A DNA stretch of 64,000 bases from Takakia lepidozioides (taxonomy: Eukaryota; Plantae; Bryophyta), in assembly GCA_030704615.1 (NCBI GenBank), contig CM060733.1, positions 44,950,001 through 45,014,000 on the forward strand. Direction: 5' to 3'. How positions within the stretch are numbered: position 1 is the stretch's first letter; each line of letters opens with the position of its first letter. Shown one piece after another: positions 38,727 through 51,533 of the stretch. Position numbers and translations under genes: made by a program. The notes beneath the pieces are model-generated. The model saw only the letters and a program-made list of their open reading frames with translations. It was not told the origin of the DNA and ran no database searches.

Positions 38727-39811
38727 ATGAAGGCCTTGATACTTGTGGGTGGGTTCGGAACCAGGCTGCGGCCTCTGACGTTGAGCGTGCCGAAGCCCCT
38801 GGTGGATTTCGCCAACAAACCCATGATTCTTCACCAGATTGAGGCACTGAAGGAAGCTGGAGTAGACGAGGTTGTTCTGGCTATCAATTATCAGCCAGAG
38901 GTGATGATGAATTTTCTAAGGGACTTTGAGAAGAAGTTGGGTATGAAGATTACATGCTCACAAGAGACAGAGCCAATGGGCACAGCTGGCCCACTGGCCT
39001 TAGCCAGAGACAAGCTGGATGATGGATCTGGTGAGGCCTTTTTTGTGTTGAACAGCGATGTCATCAGCGAATACCCTTTGAAGCAAATGATTGAATTCCA
39101 CAAAAAGCATGGAAGCGAAGCTACAATTATGGTCACTAAGGTGGATGAGCCTTCCAAGTATGGAGTGGTGGTGATGGAAGAAACGACAGGCAGGGTGCAG
39201 AAATTTGTTGAGAAACCGCAGGAATTTGTGGGAAACAAAATCAATGCGGGTATCTATCTTTTGAGTCCAAAAACCCTTCATCGGATTCAGCTCCGGCCAA
39301 CCTCAATTGAGAAAGAGGTATTTCCCAAAATTGCGATTGACAAAAAGCTATATGCCATGGTGTTACCAGGGTTTTGGATGGACATAGGCCAGCCCCGGGA
39401 TTACATCACCGGCCTCCGGCTGTACCTTGATTCCCTCAGCAGGCGGGCACCAGCAATGCTAGCCTTGGGGTCATCTTACCTGGGGAATGTGATTGTGATG
39501 AGAGTGCCCAAATCGGAGAAGGGTGCTTGATTGGGCCAGATGTTTCCATTGGTCAAGGCTGTGTGATCGAGGCAGGAGTTCGGCTCTCTCGCTGTACAAT
39601 CATGAGGGGTGTGAGAGTCAAGAAGCATGCTTGCATTTCAGGAAGTATAATTGGCTGGCACTCCACAGTTGGACAGTGGGCTCGCATCGAGAACATGACT
39701 GTGCTGGGAGAGGATGTCCATGTCTGTGATGAAATCCTCAGCAATGGAGGTGTGGTGCTACCTCACAAAGAGATCAAGACCAGCATCCTCAAGCCTGAAA
39801 TTGTCATGTGA
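38727..39811 (+). pseudogene. VTC1: GDP-mannose pyrophosphorylase (mannose-1-phosphate guanylyltransferase), intronless CDS with a single -1 frameshift at about 39497 (recent pseudogene or assembly indel)
   Basis: [34 protein letters not shown]...[12 protein letters not shown]...GGVVLPHKEIKTSILKPEIVM*. Adding one G at gtg(g)at restores [21 protein letters not shown]. Confidence 0.93.
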
Positions 39812-42422
39812 TCATGCAGGAGAATTCACGTGGTGCCCCACCTGCTCTTCTCTAGCTAGCAAATCAACTTCTAACATTGCAACTCCTTTGATTACAAGTG
39901 TGAATGCTGTTCCCTATTCACAAATTGCTGATCCTCAAAGAGAAGTCATAAAACGAGAATGTTGTAGCATGGTAAAGTCAGAACCATTTCCTTTGAAATT
40001 TTGCAAGGCCTAGAATAAGTGCAGCACAGAACAGGACAGTCAACATAGAGATGCTCAGTGGAAAAACATCCACCATTGCCTTGGCGTAGACACTAACCAA
40101 ATCTAATTAACCACAAGGCATTGGATGGCAAAACTCGGGCACCTAAGGATTTTAATTTTTTCCCCTCTAATACTCTTCAATAAAGTTTCCAGGGCACTGC
40201 CCACACAATCCAAACTGCCAAAATGTAGGCCACAAAGGGGGTGATTCTTTCAGATCCTGAATGTGTTTGCAAGACGCTGGAAATAAATCCAGTTCTGGCT
40301 GAAAGTCTGAAACAATCTCCTCTTTGCTTTCTCTTGCACATGATAAACTGTCAAGATGCACACATACATGTAAATAAGAGAAGGATTTACATTGGGATGT
40401 GCTCGTCAACCAGCCAGGGGGGGGTTTGCTTATAAAGCACAACAGAAGCCTTCCACAAAACTCATAACTATTTTGCCAGTAAATACGTCTATTCAACGGG
40501 GATATATTACATTAACTCAATAACCATCCTACAAAAACCACCAGACAACTGCTCATCCAGATACTCAGCAGAACAAAAAAGCCTTCCACCCACCCCTCCT
40601 TCAGCACAACACAGCACAATCCAATCAGCAGAGTAAGAAACCTGTCAAACACCCCAGAAAAACATGATGCACCTTGCAATCGTTCATCCAGACACACGCC
40701 ATGGTCAGACATTTGCATGTTTTATATTGTTGGAGGAGCAGCCGGTCAGTTTAAAACACCACATCCATCACTGATGGGTGACCTATGATAAGCTGATGGC
40801 TGTACGTCCAATGACAGGCAGCACGCCAGTTTTTGACCAAAGTCTAGACAAACAGACACAACCATTCACAAAAACTTCAACCCAACAAAAACTGCCATGA
40901 CAAGTTGACAACCACTCAAAGCAAAGCCAAAAAGCCTCCTATTGAGCAGACCAAGAAAGCTTGTCCAACACCCCAAACACACCCAGACACCCCAGACAAC
41001 GATGAGGCTTGCAATGCATCTCAAGTCGCGTGCCACTGTCCAGACAACCCGTGGTGCCGAGATTCTACAAACCTGGCTACCACACCCTCCCTCTGGTAGA
41101 CGATTGACAGTCAGCCCCCACAGTACACTAGCCCTGGCTTTCTCAAGCCATACATAGGTTGAGTAGTGTGCTGTGGTGCACCCTACTATTGGCTCAAATG
41201 GAGGGTCATTGATCCAAAACCCAATATGACACAGGAAGCAAGAGAAGTAGAGAGAATGTACTCATAATCCGTTGTTGGCCATAGCCTTGTGGCCATTGAC
41301 CCCGCGCCCAGTTTGAGGGGAACACAAAGAAACAGAAATTACCTTTGTCGGGGGCTGATGCCGGTCGTATGAAACATGCAAACCTGGAAACATGCAAGTG
41401 ATCCGAGTTTTCCAGATATCCTCTAGAAATCCCTTCACACAAACATCAATCTGCTGTGTAGAGAAGTAGGTGAGCATCTGCTTCAAAAGACCATGAAAGC
41501 AGAACTCCAGGTTAGACGTGCTTGATGCCTACACAGAGTGCTTCTGGAGCTATGTACGAACCATTGACTTTCATTCCAAGAGAATTGAAGGCCTGTGTAG
41601 GCCGATAGCAAAAACTATCCATGGGTAATTCAGCTACCAAACTTGTTCCAGCTCTGCAAAGAAGCTGTAAAACAGCGTCAAGGATAGTTCTCAGATGTCA
41701 CTACCTTCGTATGTGAAAAACCTTTCTTCTCCATACTTCAGATTGAAACCAAACACAACAGCTACCCATCGCAGTGAAGCATTGAACCACATTTTGATGT
41801 CAGTTTCGATACACACTTTGGAACTGCAATTGATCAACAAATAGGACAGAGATATTAGCAGGATTGCAGGTCCAAATCCCCTTCAATCGGGCCTGTTCCA
41901 TCTACACATCTCTCATTCCATTTCTTCAGCAACATCAACTTCACTGTTGCGGACGCACACGCGATTATGTACAAAACCAGAATGATGTAAAAGAAAATAT
42001 GAAACTGGTTTCGCAGTGTAAAGCGCCCTCGGGCGGGTCGTCAAATCGTGGTCGTGGAAACTCCTCGAGGGCAGGTGCTTTACACTATGCATAAAGCATA
42101 GACTCTCGTTGCAGAAGCTCCTACCATGCAAATATACTTGCTGATGTATGGTTGTCTCATATTTCAATAGCGTCACACACTTGTGCATAAAGTGACTGAG
42201 ACCATCAGTGACTTAGAAAGCTAGTGTGTTCTCATACGCTTAATTGGTGTGAAGTATTGACAGCAGGGGAGGCAAGAACATGAACATCTGCACAAGCGCA
42301 GCATAGTTCATGGAGAGGAACCGAGATGACTTTTACGCCTCCAACTCCCTTCTTCAACACCAGAGAGAAATCAACAAGTTACCTGAGATATCTGGCACAG
42401 CCAGCGGACAAAAATGCATGGC

Positions 42423-42689
42423 TCAGAGCCGTGGAGAAGTGGGGATTTCATCGTAGGGGTTGTTGCGGCCCGCCAGGCGGCTGAGGCGAAGGTCCATAAG
42501 AAACTTGTGGTTGTTTTTGTCGGTGTTCCATGAGCCGTAAGCTTTCACAGGCTGCGCCCAAGCCTGCTTCATCTTGTCACATTGTGCTTTGGTGGTCTGC
42601 AGATGCGCCCGCCACTTGGTATCTCTTTCCTCCGGATCCTCCATGGATCTTCTTATCCAGGCCTCCACAAACTCCGTTATGAATCCCAT
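42423..42689 (-). CDS. Plant-specific mitochondrial complex I subunit P1-like (At1g67350-like), 88 aa, intact
   Basis: MGFITEFVEAWIRRSMEDPEERD...W..P...YG.W..D..N...GR.NPYD follows the P1 pattern as I recall it. A GA-rich 5' leader is present, and there is a splice donor about 40 nt after the stop. Confidence 0.78.
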   Translation of the reverse strand: MGFITEFVEAWIRRSMEDPEERDTKWRAHLQTTKAQCDKMKQAWAQPVKAYGSWNTDKNNHKFLMDLRLSRLAGRNNPYDEIPTSPRL

Positions 42690-43420
42690 GTCGTCTCTCT
42701 GTGTCTCTCTAAGTACCTCTCTCCAATTTCTCCCCCTAGGGTTTGCTCTTGTGCTTTCTCCGGCACTTTCTTGGAGGTGGAAAAGGTTGGATTATATCCC
42801 GTTCACACATGCTACTTCACATGAAAAATGGACATCCACATCCATGAAGCGGTCTTCACTGGAGAGAGCATTGATGGGGTATGGCATTGCCCACTTGTTT
42901 ACCTGCTAGATAGATTAGTGCTGTTTGGCCATCTTGAGACTTGGTAATGGAGGTGCGTTGAAGGTGACTATGTCTAAGAATGCTACATTGACAGGTAGAG
43001 GTTGGACCGTAGGATCAAAATGTCTGCAGAAATCGCCAAACATCCATAGGCTGAGTATCAGATCCACGGAGCCTTCATCGAGTCATGGGCTAAACAAGGA
43101 ATCTTATGCACAAGTTATGGTACACCCTTTCGTACAGCTTGTGTGGGGAAATATCATGTACGTCGCGCCTCCCTCTCTACTTGAATAAACATGACAACTT
43201 CTATTAGTTGAATTTTTTACGGTGTCCAGCATGCACAGATGATCAGACCACACTCTCTCCTAGATCCATGTCTGTTACCAATGCAATATCACCCATGACA
43301 TTGTATGTCATGGACAAATTATTGCACACTTAACAGCTGGTTCACAGACTAGGGCTTGATGACCGCCTTACCGTGCAGGTGGGTGGAGGGCTAGTCGAGT
43401 ATCACAACATCCATGCAGCT

Positions 43421-46400
43421 TGTAAAGCCCCATATTTGCTTAGCCTAGAAATGACCCATTTCATCCGAACGGCGATACACATCCACTGTATAAAATTTTG
43501 GCGGATAAAGCCGTTAAGTTTTGGGCTGGTGGCGACATCCTGGCCCTTCATCAGATCTAGGGCTACAAGGCGGCGCCGTGGGCTTTGGCTTGTGACGCCT
43601 CGCCACGCGGCGGGCCACTAAAGCTAGGGCTTTTGTATAAAAATGGCGCCCTGACACAAGGTCAGGGCGGTGTACTCGGGTGTTAGTGTATATGTGATTT
43701 TGGTGTACAAGCTTTGGATGAGAGCTGCTTTGTGTCAGATCCGTGTGTTTGATCTTCTTCTCGTGAGTTGTCTGCTCTTTCTGCTCGCCTCTTTATTGTG
43801 AAACATTGCTTCTTGAGAGGAAATGAGTATATGCTTCAGGCTTGTTTTATGGTAGAAACGCCGGGTACCATAGGCATTGATGGATCTTGCCTGCGTTGTC
43901 CGGGTTAGTTAGGTCTTTCTTGCGGGATCTGCTCTACATCATGCTGCCTAAGTGGTTCGCTAATGCGTGTTATCAATGGCGGCTCCTCGCCTTGCCGTAT
44001 TTTTTCCTGCTGTTGTGATAACACCGTCTCATATTGCATGTTGGGGTGTGGTTGCAGGGAATGGCTACTGTTCGTGACTTATCTTATATAGCTCGTAGAG
44101 AAGGGGAGAGCCTGCTTCTTCATATTAGTGTGGAACTTGTTGTTGAAATAAATCCTTGTGTGGAAACTAACCCTGCTATCACTCTTTGTTCTGTTGGTGT
44201 CGTTCCTATTGCTCTTCCACTTGTTGAAACCAACCCTGTCGTTTCTCACTCTGTCGACATTCTTGTTGTTGCTAACACGACCAACGGCGTGCGGCCTGGA
44301 AGTGTTGCCTTGCCAGCGTCGCCTCTCCTTGAACCAACTACTTGTGTTCCAGCCCTTGTTGTTTCATTGGGTTCTCCTGGTGGTAGTGATTATGACAATT
44401 TAGATGAGGCAGAGGCGTGGTCACCAAAATCTGACAGCTCTAGATAGTTGTGATCCGGAATACTATAATTTTGACAACTTTGTTGATCCTGGACCTGAAT
44501 ATTTTGAGAGTAGGCAGTAGGCAACAGAATTAGAGATGAATATCGAGTTGTCACAGGAAGTATGTCGCGCACCTCACTTCGGTAAGCTCCCCTTCAAGTC
44601 ATAGTTACTCACTTTGATGTGCGCGCCTAACTCCCAACCTGGCCGTCGGGCCAACTTGGAGCTTCGGCTGCTCACCGGGACATAACGGTCCCCCTTTGTT
44701 CTTCCAAAAGACCCTCCACCAATTTGGGCCTAGTGGGAATTCCCTTTGGTAGTTGGCAGTCCAGAATAGCTCCCCACTCCTTGGTCGCTTTCCGGCTCGC
44801 TCGCTTACTCACTAGTTTTTGGTCATCAACGGGCTTGCACCGTTCTCGGGGTTACTACTCCCTATATACTTCTGTGACTGTCCGCGGGGGTTTCACAAAC
44901 AACCATGCCATTTTATGGCGAACCACCACGAAGACCCTCGACTTCCGGTGATGAGTCGCGGTGAGTCTTGGCCCACCCACCACGGTCCCATTGGACCGTG
45001 ATGAGTCCCAAGACTCCCCACGACTCCCACCACGAGGTCTTCGCCCCATGGTGAGTCTTATGCCACCCCCACTAAGTCCCGCTAAGCTACCACCACCCCT
45101 TGTGGAGCCACCCCCCACCGCAACCCGGTGTGCGGGGCTCCACCTAGTGAGCGTCTCAACCTCCTTGAGTGCCTTGGGTACTCAAGGGTGCTTCAGCCCC
45201 CCGTACCTATCGCTGCCACTGCCCCCACCACAGGGGCAGCCCCTCCTATGTCCCGACCCCCTGCCCTCAAGGCAAAAGGCCGCGACAAAGTAAATGATCT
45301 GTTGTGTGAGATATGTGACGAGGATCAGCTTTGGTTTGAGCGTATAGAAAGAGCTGTCGTGGGTGACCTTGCTGCATTAACCAGTCATCACGAGGCCCTA
45401 TCACGAAACCTTTGCTTGAGCCTAGTGCGGTGGTGTCCAGAGCCAGACAGCTTGCTAAGAGAGAATTCGAGTTACGCAACGAAGAACGTTTGTTGTCCAG
45501 AACGATTAAGTCGTGTTTTCTGAATTGACCTGGTTAGAAGTTGGTTTGTATTTACCTCTCTCTAGTGTTCGAAGTGCGGAGCTTCATCATGGCCCTAGTG
45601 TGGTAGGGCGAAGTTGGTTGTCGTTAATGTTACAAGGCACGGGAGCTTTGATCTTGAGAGCACTATGGTTTCAGCTCCGGCCCTGGGCCTTGGCGCCTAT
45701 TCATTCACAGTTGGTTGATGGTATGAAGGGTGGGGGCCTTGACAATGCAGTCGTCTGATTTAGTAGTCTTGGGTGTGGGTATTACCTCTGCTTCACAGCG
45801 AGTGGTTTGCCCGAGTACGTTTGAGAGATTGAGTGACTATTCGAGCTCGGTTGTACTTTCGCGCACATGGAGAGAGGGTGACATAACCCGCGTTGGTTTT
45901 TGGCTTAAGGAAGCTGACGGTTGGGAGTGGCTGGCGTTGGAAGTCTATGAGTTGCAGTCACACAAAGTGCTGAGGGTGGTATATTGTTCCACTTGGGTTC
46001 CAGAGGACAACTCGCCTAGTGCTCGGCCTACTCTCCATATCCATGCTGCTAAAAGTGCAGTTATGGATGATCAGCTACATGCTACGCTACTCCAACAATC
46101 CCAATCAGGGCGTTTGCCAGCTGGCATTTCCGAGTCGTTGCATAAACAAATCATCTATCATATGTCTACTCACCGTTCATGGGTGATAAGCTTTTCAAGG
46201 AGCTCACTAGAGGGGGAGTGCCATGCTACTTGGAGGTGCCACCATGGAGGCAGCTGAATGCTTTATTGAAGCGTTTCCATTGTTCCTTGTATGCACGTCA
46301 CCTTGGTATCAAGAAAATTGTGGCCCACATCTAAGAGGTATACTATTGGCTGGAAATTCACCGAGACGTCACGGAATTCATCTCCAAGTGTGAAAGTTAT

Positions 46401-48484
46401 TATGCTAACATTGCTCTCCCTAGGGCCCGGATCTTGTATGAGCTGCAGCCTTTGCCTGTCATCCATGCTTTTGCTCGTGTTGGCATTGACTTCGTAGAAC
46501 CCCTCGCACTCACGTCAAAGGGTCGAAGCTACCTTTGTGTTGCTACCGACTATTTGACTAAGTGGGTGGAAGTCTGGCTTTTGCGTTCCAAGGCTAGTGA
46601 TGCTATAGCTTAGTTCTTCTTCAATGCGATCCTTATGCGGCATGGGTGTCCTCGGGAGATACTAACAGATCAGGGCAAGGAGTTTTGTAACCAGCTCCTC
46701 ACAGTGATTTGCTTCAACTTCGGTATTAAGCATTCCACCACTGTTCCATACCATCCCCAGACCAATGGCCTCACGGAACGCTTCAACCAACTCTTTGCCG
46801 AATGTTAGAGAAGAATGGCGCACTTACCAGGGAGTGGGATACCTTTCTTCCTCCTATTCTCTTTGCTTATTGCACTGCCGTGCATGCTAGCACCAAGAAG
46901 ACTCCTTTTGAGTTGTTGTATGGTCACAAGTGTGTTTATCCTTTGCATTCTACCCCTTTCATCTCTACTGTTGCTGATCCGGTTGATCTTGAGACCTTTG
47001 TTAAGGATCTTCATGCTCGGCATGCGGTGTCTATCCATGATGCCAAAACAAACATTGGTAGGGCTCAGCTAACCCAGGGCCATAATTTTAACAAGCGTGT
47101 CAAGTATTCTAACATGTTTCAGGTGGGACAGACCATGCGCATTCGCTAACAGCATGGCAGGCATGCATGCAAATCTAAGCTCAAGATCGACGGCTCGTAG
47201 ATTTGTCTTGGATTCTGCTAAGGAAAGTGGGGGAGAAGAGGCAAAAGATTCCCAGGAGGTGAGATGGACAGTCCCCCAAGGAGAGGACGGAATTTTTGAG
47301 AGGCATAGTGGAACCGATGCATCACAGAGCTCGGAGGATGGGGGGGATGAGGGGGATGAGGAAGAAGGTGGGGCAAGCTCTCCTCGAAGGGTGTAGGAGA
47401 GTAGTGCCCATTCCGGCTATGACAGTTAGGACACACTTGTATAGACGTGGCTTGCCACAAAATTTGCAATAAAATGTTGCATTTCATTGCTATGACAAGT
47501 CCACTGGTGCCACATTCCAACTTCACATGACCCTATTTCCGTGCCTCCTAACCCTAACACATACTTGATCTATCAGATTTTACATGGGCGGCGTGCTCTT
47601 CTTCTTCCACAAGGCTCTAATACTGAAGTGCAGGATGAACCTGTTTCCTTGACAGACTTGGTGCATTCCGAGCTAGTTTTTATCTTACATGTATCAATGT
47701 GGAGGGGCGCACGGTGGGGTGATGTCTTGATCTTCCTAGCCGATCTACTTTAGCTTGATCTTCTTCTCTTCTCAGCGGCTTAGTCTTCGTTTGCGGATGG
47801 TGACTCTTGGGGTCTTAGGACTTGACCTCTCTAGGACTTAGAAACATTTTAGTTTCATGGCATATCACCATCTGTACTCCCTGCACGGTTTTCCTGGCCA
47901 AGGGTTTTGTCCTCAGCCCAACTTGTAAGTGCCAAGTTTTTCCTTGGTAGGTTTTTTACCCAGCAGTGGAGGGTGATATTTCCCTATTATTTGTTTTCCT
48001 TCGCGGAGCTCAGGATTTTTCGTGGGGGGTAGGCTTCACAAATGTAAAGCCCTATATTTGCTTAGCCTAGAAATGACCCGTTTCATCCAAACGGCGATAC
48101 ACATCCACAGTATAAATTTTTGGCATATAAAGCCGTTAGGGCGCCATCTTTATACAAAAGCCCTAGCTTTAGTGGCCCGCCGCGTAGCGAGGCGTCACAA
48201 GCCAAAGCCCATGGCGTCGCCTTGTAGCCCTAGATCTGATGAAGGGCCAGGATGTCGCCACCAGCCCAAAACTAACCCTAACCTAGATATCATTGACAAG
48301 GTCGGGGCGGTGTACTCGGGTGTTAGTGTATATGTGATTTTGGTGTACAAACTTTGGATGAGAGCTGCTTTATGTCAGATCCGTGTGTTTGATTGCCTGC
48401 TCTTTCCACTCGCCCCTTTGTTGTGAAACCTTGCTTCTTGAGAGGAAAGGAGTATATGCTTCAGGATAGTTTTAAGGCTTCACA
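43421..48484 (+). mobile_element. Gypsy-type LTR retrotransposon, non-autonomous or decayed: 5' LTR 43421-about 43850, integrase about 46200-47150, 3' LTR 48043-48484
   Basis: Direct repeats start TGTAAAGCCC. A PBS-like tggtagaaacgccggg and a PPT gtggggggtagg are present. Integrase motifs VGIDFV, DYLTKWVE, TDQGKEF and YHPQTNGLTERFN are found. The empty site is visible in the paralog at about 52165. Confidence 0.9.
44563..45287. mobile_element. 725-bp solo LTR nested in the Gypsy element, TSD AAGTA
   Basis: TGTCGCG...CGCGACA termini. AAGTA lies at 44558-44562 and 45288-45292. Confidence 0.92.
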
Positions 48485-51170
48485 GGCGTTCGAGATAAGG
48501 AAGTTGTGGCTGGCCGATCAGGCAGATCTGCGTTTTGCAGGTGAAGTATTGGCTTGCTAAACCAGGGTTCATTAAGCAGTGTTGAGGGATCTTGGTATAT
48601 TCAACCCTTACTCCTTAACGCGGCAGGCAGCCCTGTGCCCAAGTTCAGAAAGAGGGCATATAAAGTAAAGACCTTCAAATGGGAAAGCAGGTGCACCTCC
48701 ACTTTCTCCAAACTGGACTCCACGTGGGGTGAGAGGTACCGGTTTGGGGCTGGGAAAGTTGCACCAGAAAGGAGGGAAATATACTACATCAGTTTCATAA
48801 GCTCTGAGACTTGGAGAGAAATTGATCAACTCAGCAGATTGATAACATATCATTACCAGATGCTTATTTCCAGTCATTTGCTGCATGCTGCAACAAAACG
48901 TACATGTTGCATCCCATCAGTAGATCTTATACTTGAAACTTGTGAATATCATTTCTGAGATTTTAAAAGGCTTCTTCGAGTCTGGTGCAATTAGTGTTCC
49001 AAAAAGGGTCCAAGTACACAAAAGTCTGAAGCCTTCGCTGAGAATCCAACACAATCCAAACTGCCAAAATGTAAGGGGGTGATTCTTTCAGGTCCTGGAT
49101 GTGTTGGCAAGTCACTGGAAATAGATCAAGTTCTGGCTGAAAGTCTGAAACAGTCTCCTCTTTGCTTTCTCTTGCACATGATAAACTGTCAAGATGCATG
49201 CAAATAAGACAGGGGTTTAGGTTGGGAGGTGATCTTCAACCAGCCAGGGGGGGGGTTGCTTGTAAAGCACAACAGAAGCCTTCCACAAAACTCATAACTA
49301 CTTTGCCAGTAAATAGGTCTCTCCAAGGGGGGTGTATTACAATAACTCAATAACACTCCTACAAAAACCACCCAGACAACTGCTCATCCAGATGCTCAGC
49401 AAAACAAAAAGCCTTCCACCCCCACCCCTCCTTCACCACAACACAGCACAATCCAATCAGCAGAGTAACAAACCTGTCAAACACCCCAGAAAAACATGAT
49501 GCAGCTTGCAATCGTTCATGTTTGTGATCCAGACACTCGCCAAGGTCAAACATTTGCACGTTGCATGTTGTTGGAGGAGCAGACGGTCAGTTTAAAACAC
49601 CACATCCATCACTGATGGGTGAACTATGATAAGCTGATGGCTGTACGTCCAACGACGGGCAGCATGCAAGTCTTTGACCAAAGTCTAGACAAACAGACAC
49701 AACCATTCACAAAAACTTCAACCCAACAAAAACTGCCATGACAACCACTCAAAGCAAAGCCAAAAAGCCTTCTGTTGAGCAGACCAAGAAAGCTTGTCCA
49801 ACACCCCAAACAACGATGAGGATTGCAATGCATCTCAAGTCACGTGCCACTGGCCAGACAACCCGTGGTGCCGAGATTCCAGAAACCGGCTACCACACCC
49901 TGCCTCTGGTAGACTATTGACAATCAGCCCCCACAGTACACTAGCCCTTCACAGTGGCTTTCTCAAGCCATACATAGGTTGGGTAGTGTGCTGTGGTGCA
50001 CCCTCCTGTTGGCTCAATTGGAGGGTCATTGATTTGATGTCAGTTGTGATATTCACTTTGGAACAGCAATTGATCAACAAATATGACAAAGATATTAGCA
50101 GGATTGCAGGTCCAAATCCCCTTCAATTGGGCCTGCTCCATCTACACATCTCTCATTCCATTTCTTCAGCAGCATCAAACTGTTACCGCCGCCCACGCGA
50201 TTATGTTTCTTGGCATATCTCTGATTCCTCAAGAAATTAGGGTCCATCTGCACCACCACACCAACAACTTCAGGAGATTTTGAGCACAGCATTTGCCAAC
50301 ATATTTAAGGACCAAATTTCATGCAAACTCTTATACGAGGCTCCAAACTAGACTTTTGTTCACTGACAGGGATTGAACGAGAACAGCTGGTTACAAGTTC
50401 CTGGCCTGGGCGAGAGATTCAACAAAACCAGCAATGAGAATGATGTAAAAGAAAACATCAAACTGGTTTCGCAGTGTAATGCGCCCTCGGGCGGGTCATC
50501 AAGTCGTGGTCGCGGAAACTCCTCGAGGACAGCTGCTTTACACTATGCATAAAACATAGACTCTCGTTGCAGAAGCTTGCTGATGTATGGTTGTCTCATA
50601 CGTCAATAGCGTCACACACTTGTGCATAAAGTGACTAAGACCATCGTGATTTCGAGGCACACCTGCCTTCGTGAGTTCAATGTTAGGAGCTCCTGTTCTT
50701 AAAAATCACGAATTAATGTCTTTCTTTTTCTACTCTACTGGATCGTTTGAGCCCTAGTCTCGTCGAGTAAACTTCCTAAGGTCAAGGCTATCAGTCACGT
50801 CGATTGTCTGTCTCCAGTGAAGAAGAGCTCGAAAAGCGCATTACCACTCAGACGGAATCGAGCGTTCAAGCTCACCTAAAGTAACTACGACCTTGAAGTA
50901 TCTCCTTGACAAAGGATATCACACTGACTTTAAACCAAATTGCTTCTCGAAAGAAACGCAGCAGTATGCTTTCAGAAAATCTTGGACGGTGAAAAAAATA
51001 GCACTAACAGTGTGCTTCGGAGTGAGAACACAAAATATGTCATAAAGCCAAAAGATTACAAGACCTCCAAAACCTATTAGCTGATGCATTAGATTCAAAA
51101 GAATTCTCTCTGAGTCCGTCAACACGTCACCTAAGATATCTGCCACAGCCTGCGCACAAAAATGCATGGC

Positions 51171-51436
51171 TCAGAGCCGGGGAGACGTGGGGATTTCATC
51201 GTAGGGGTTGTTGCGGCCCGCCAGGCGGCTGAGGCGAAGGTCCATAAGAAACTTGTGGTTGTTTTTGTCGGTGTTCCATGAGCCGTAAGCTTTCACAGCT
51301 GCGCCCAAGCCTGCTTCATCTTGTCACATTGTGCTTTGGTGGTCCGCAGATGCGTCCGCCACTTGGTATCTCTTTCCTCCGGGTCCTCCATGGATCTTCT
51401 TATCCAGGCCTCCTCAAACTCCGTTATGAATCCCAT
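51171..51436 (-). pseudogene. Second complex I P1-like copy with a 1-bp deletion
   Basis: Near-identical to 42423-42689 but 266 bp long (cacagctgcg versus cacaggctgcg at about 51298). Confidence 0.85.
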
Positions 51437-51533
51437 GTCGTCTCTCTCTCTCTTTTTCCCTCTCTCAAATTTCTCCCCCTAGGGTTTACTCTTGTACTTT
51501 CTCCGGCACTTTCTTCGAGGTGGAAAAGGTTGG

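Noticed and set aside
43345-43395. Minus-strand Helitron end (CTAG|T with hairpin) for the mosaic cassette
   Set aside because: The hairpin is imperfect and absent from the paralog at about 52081, where the sequence looks like an intron acceptor.
48234-48275. Hammerhead ribozyme (CTGATGA plus stem) in the LTR
   Set aside because: The stem is followed by AAAAC, not GAAA, and stems I and III could not be built.
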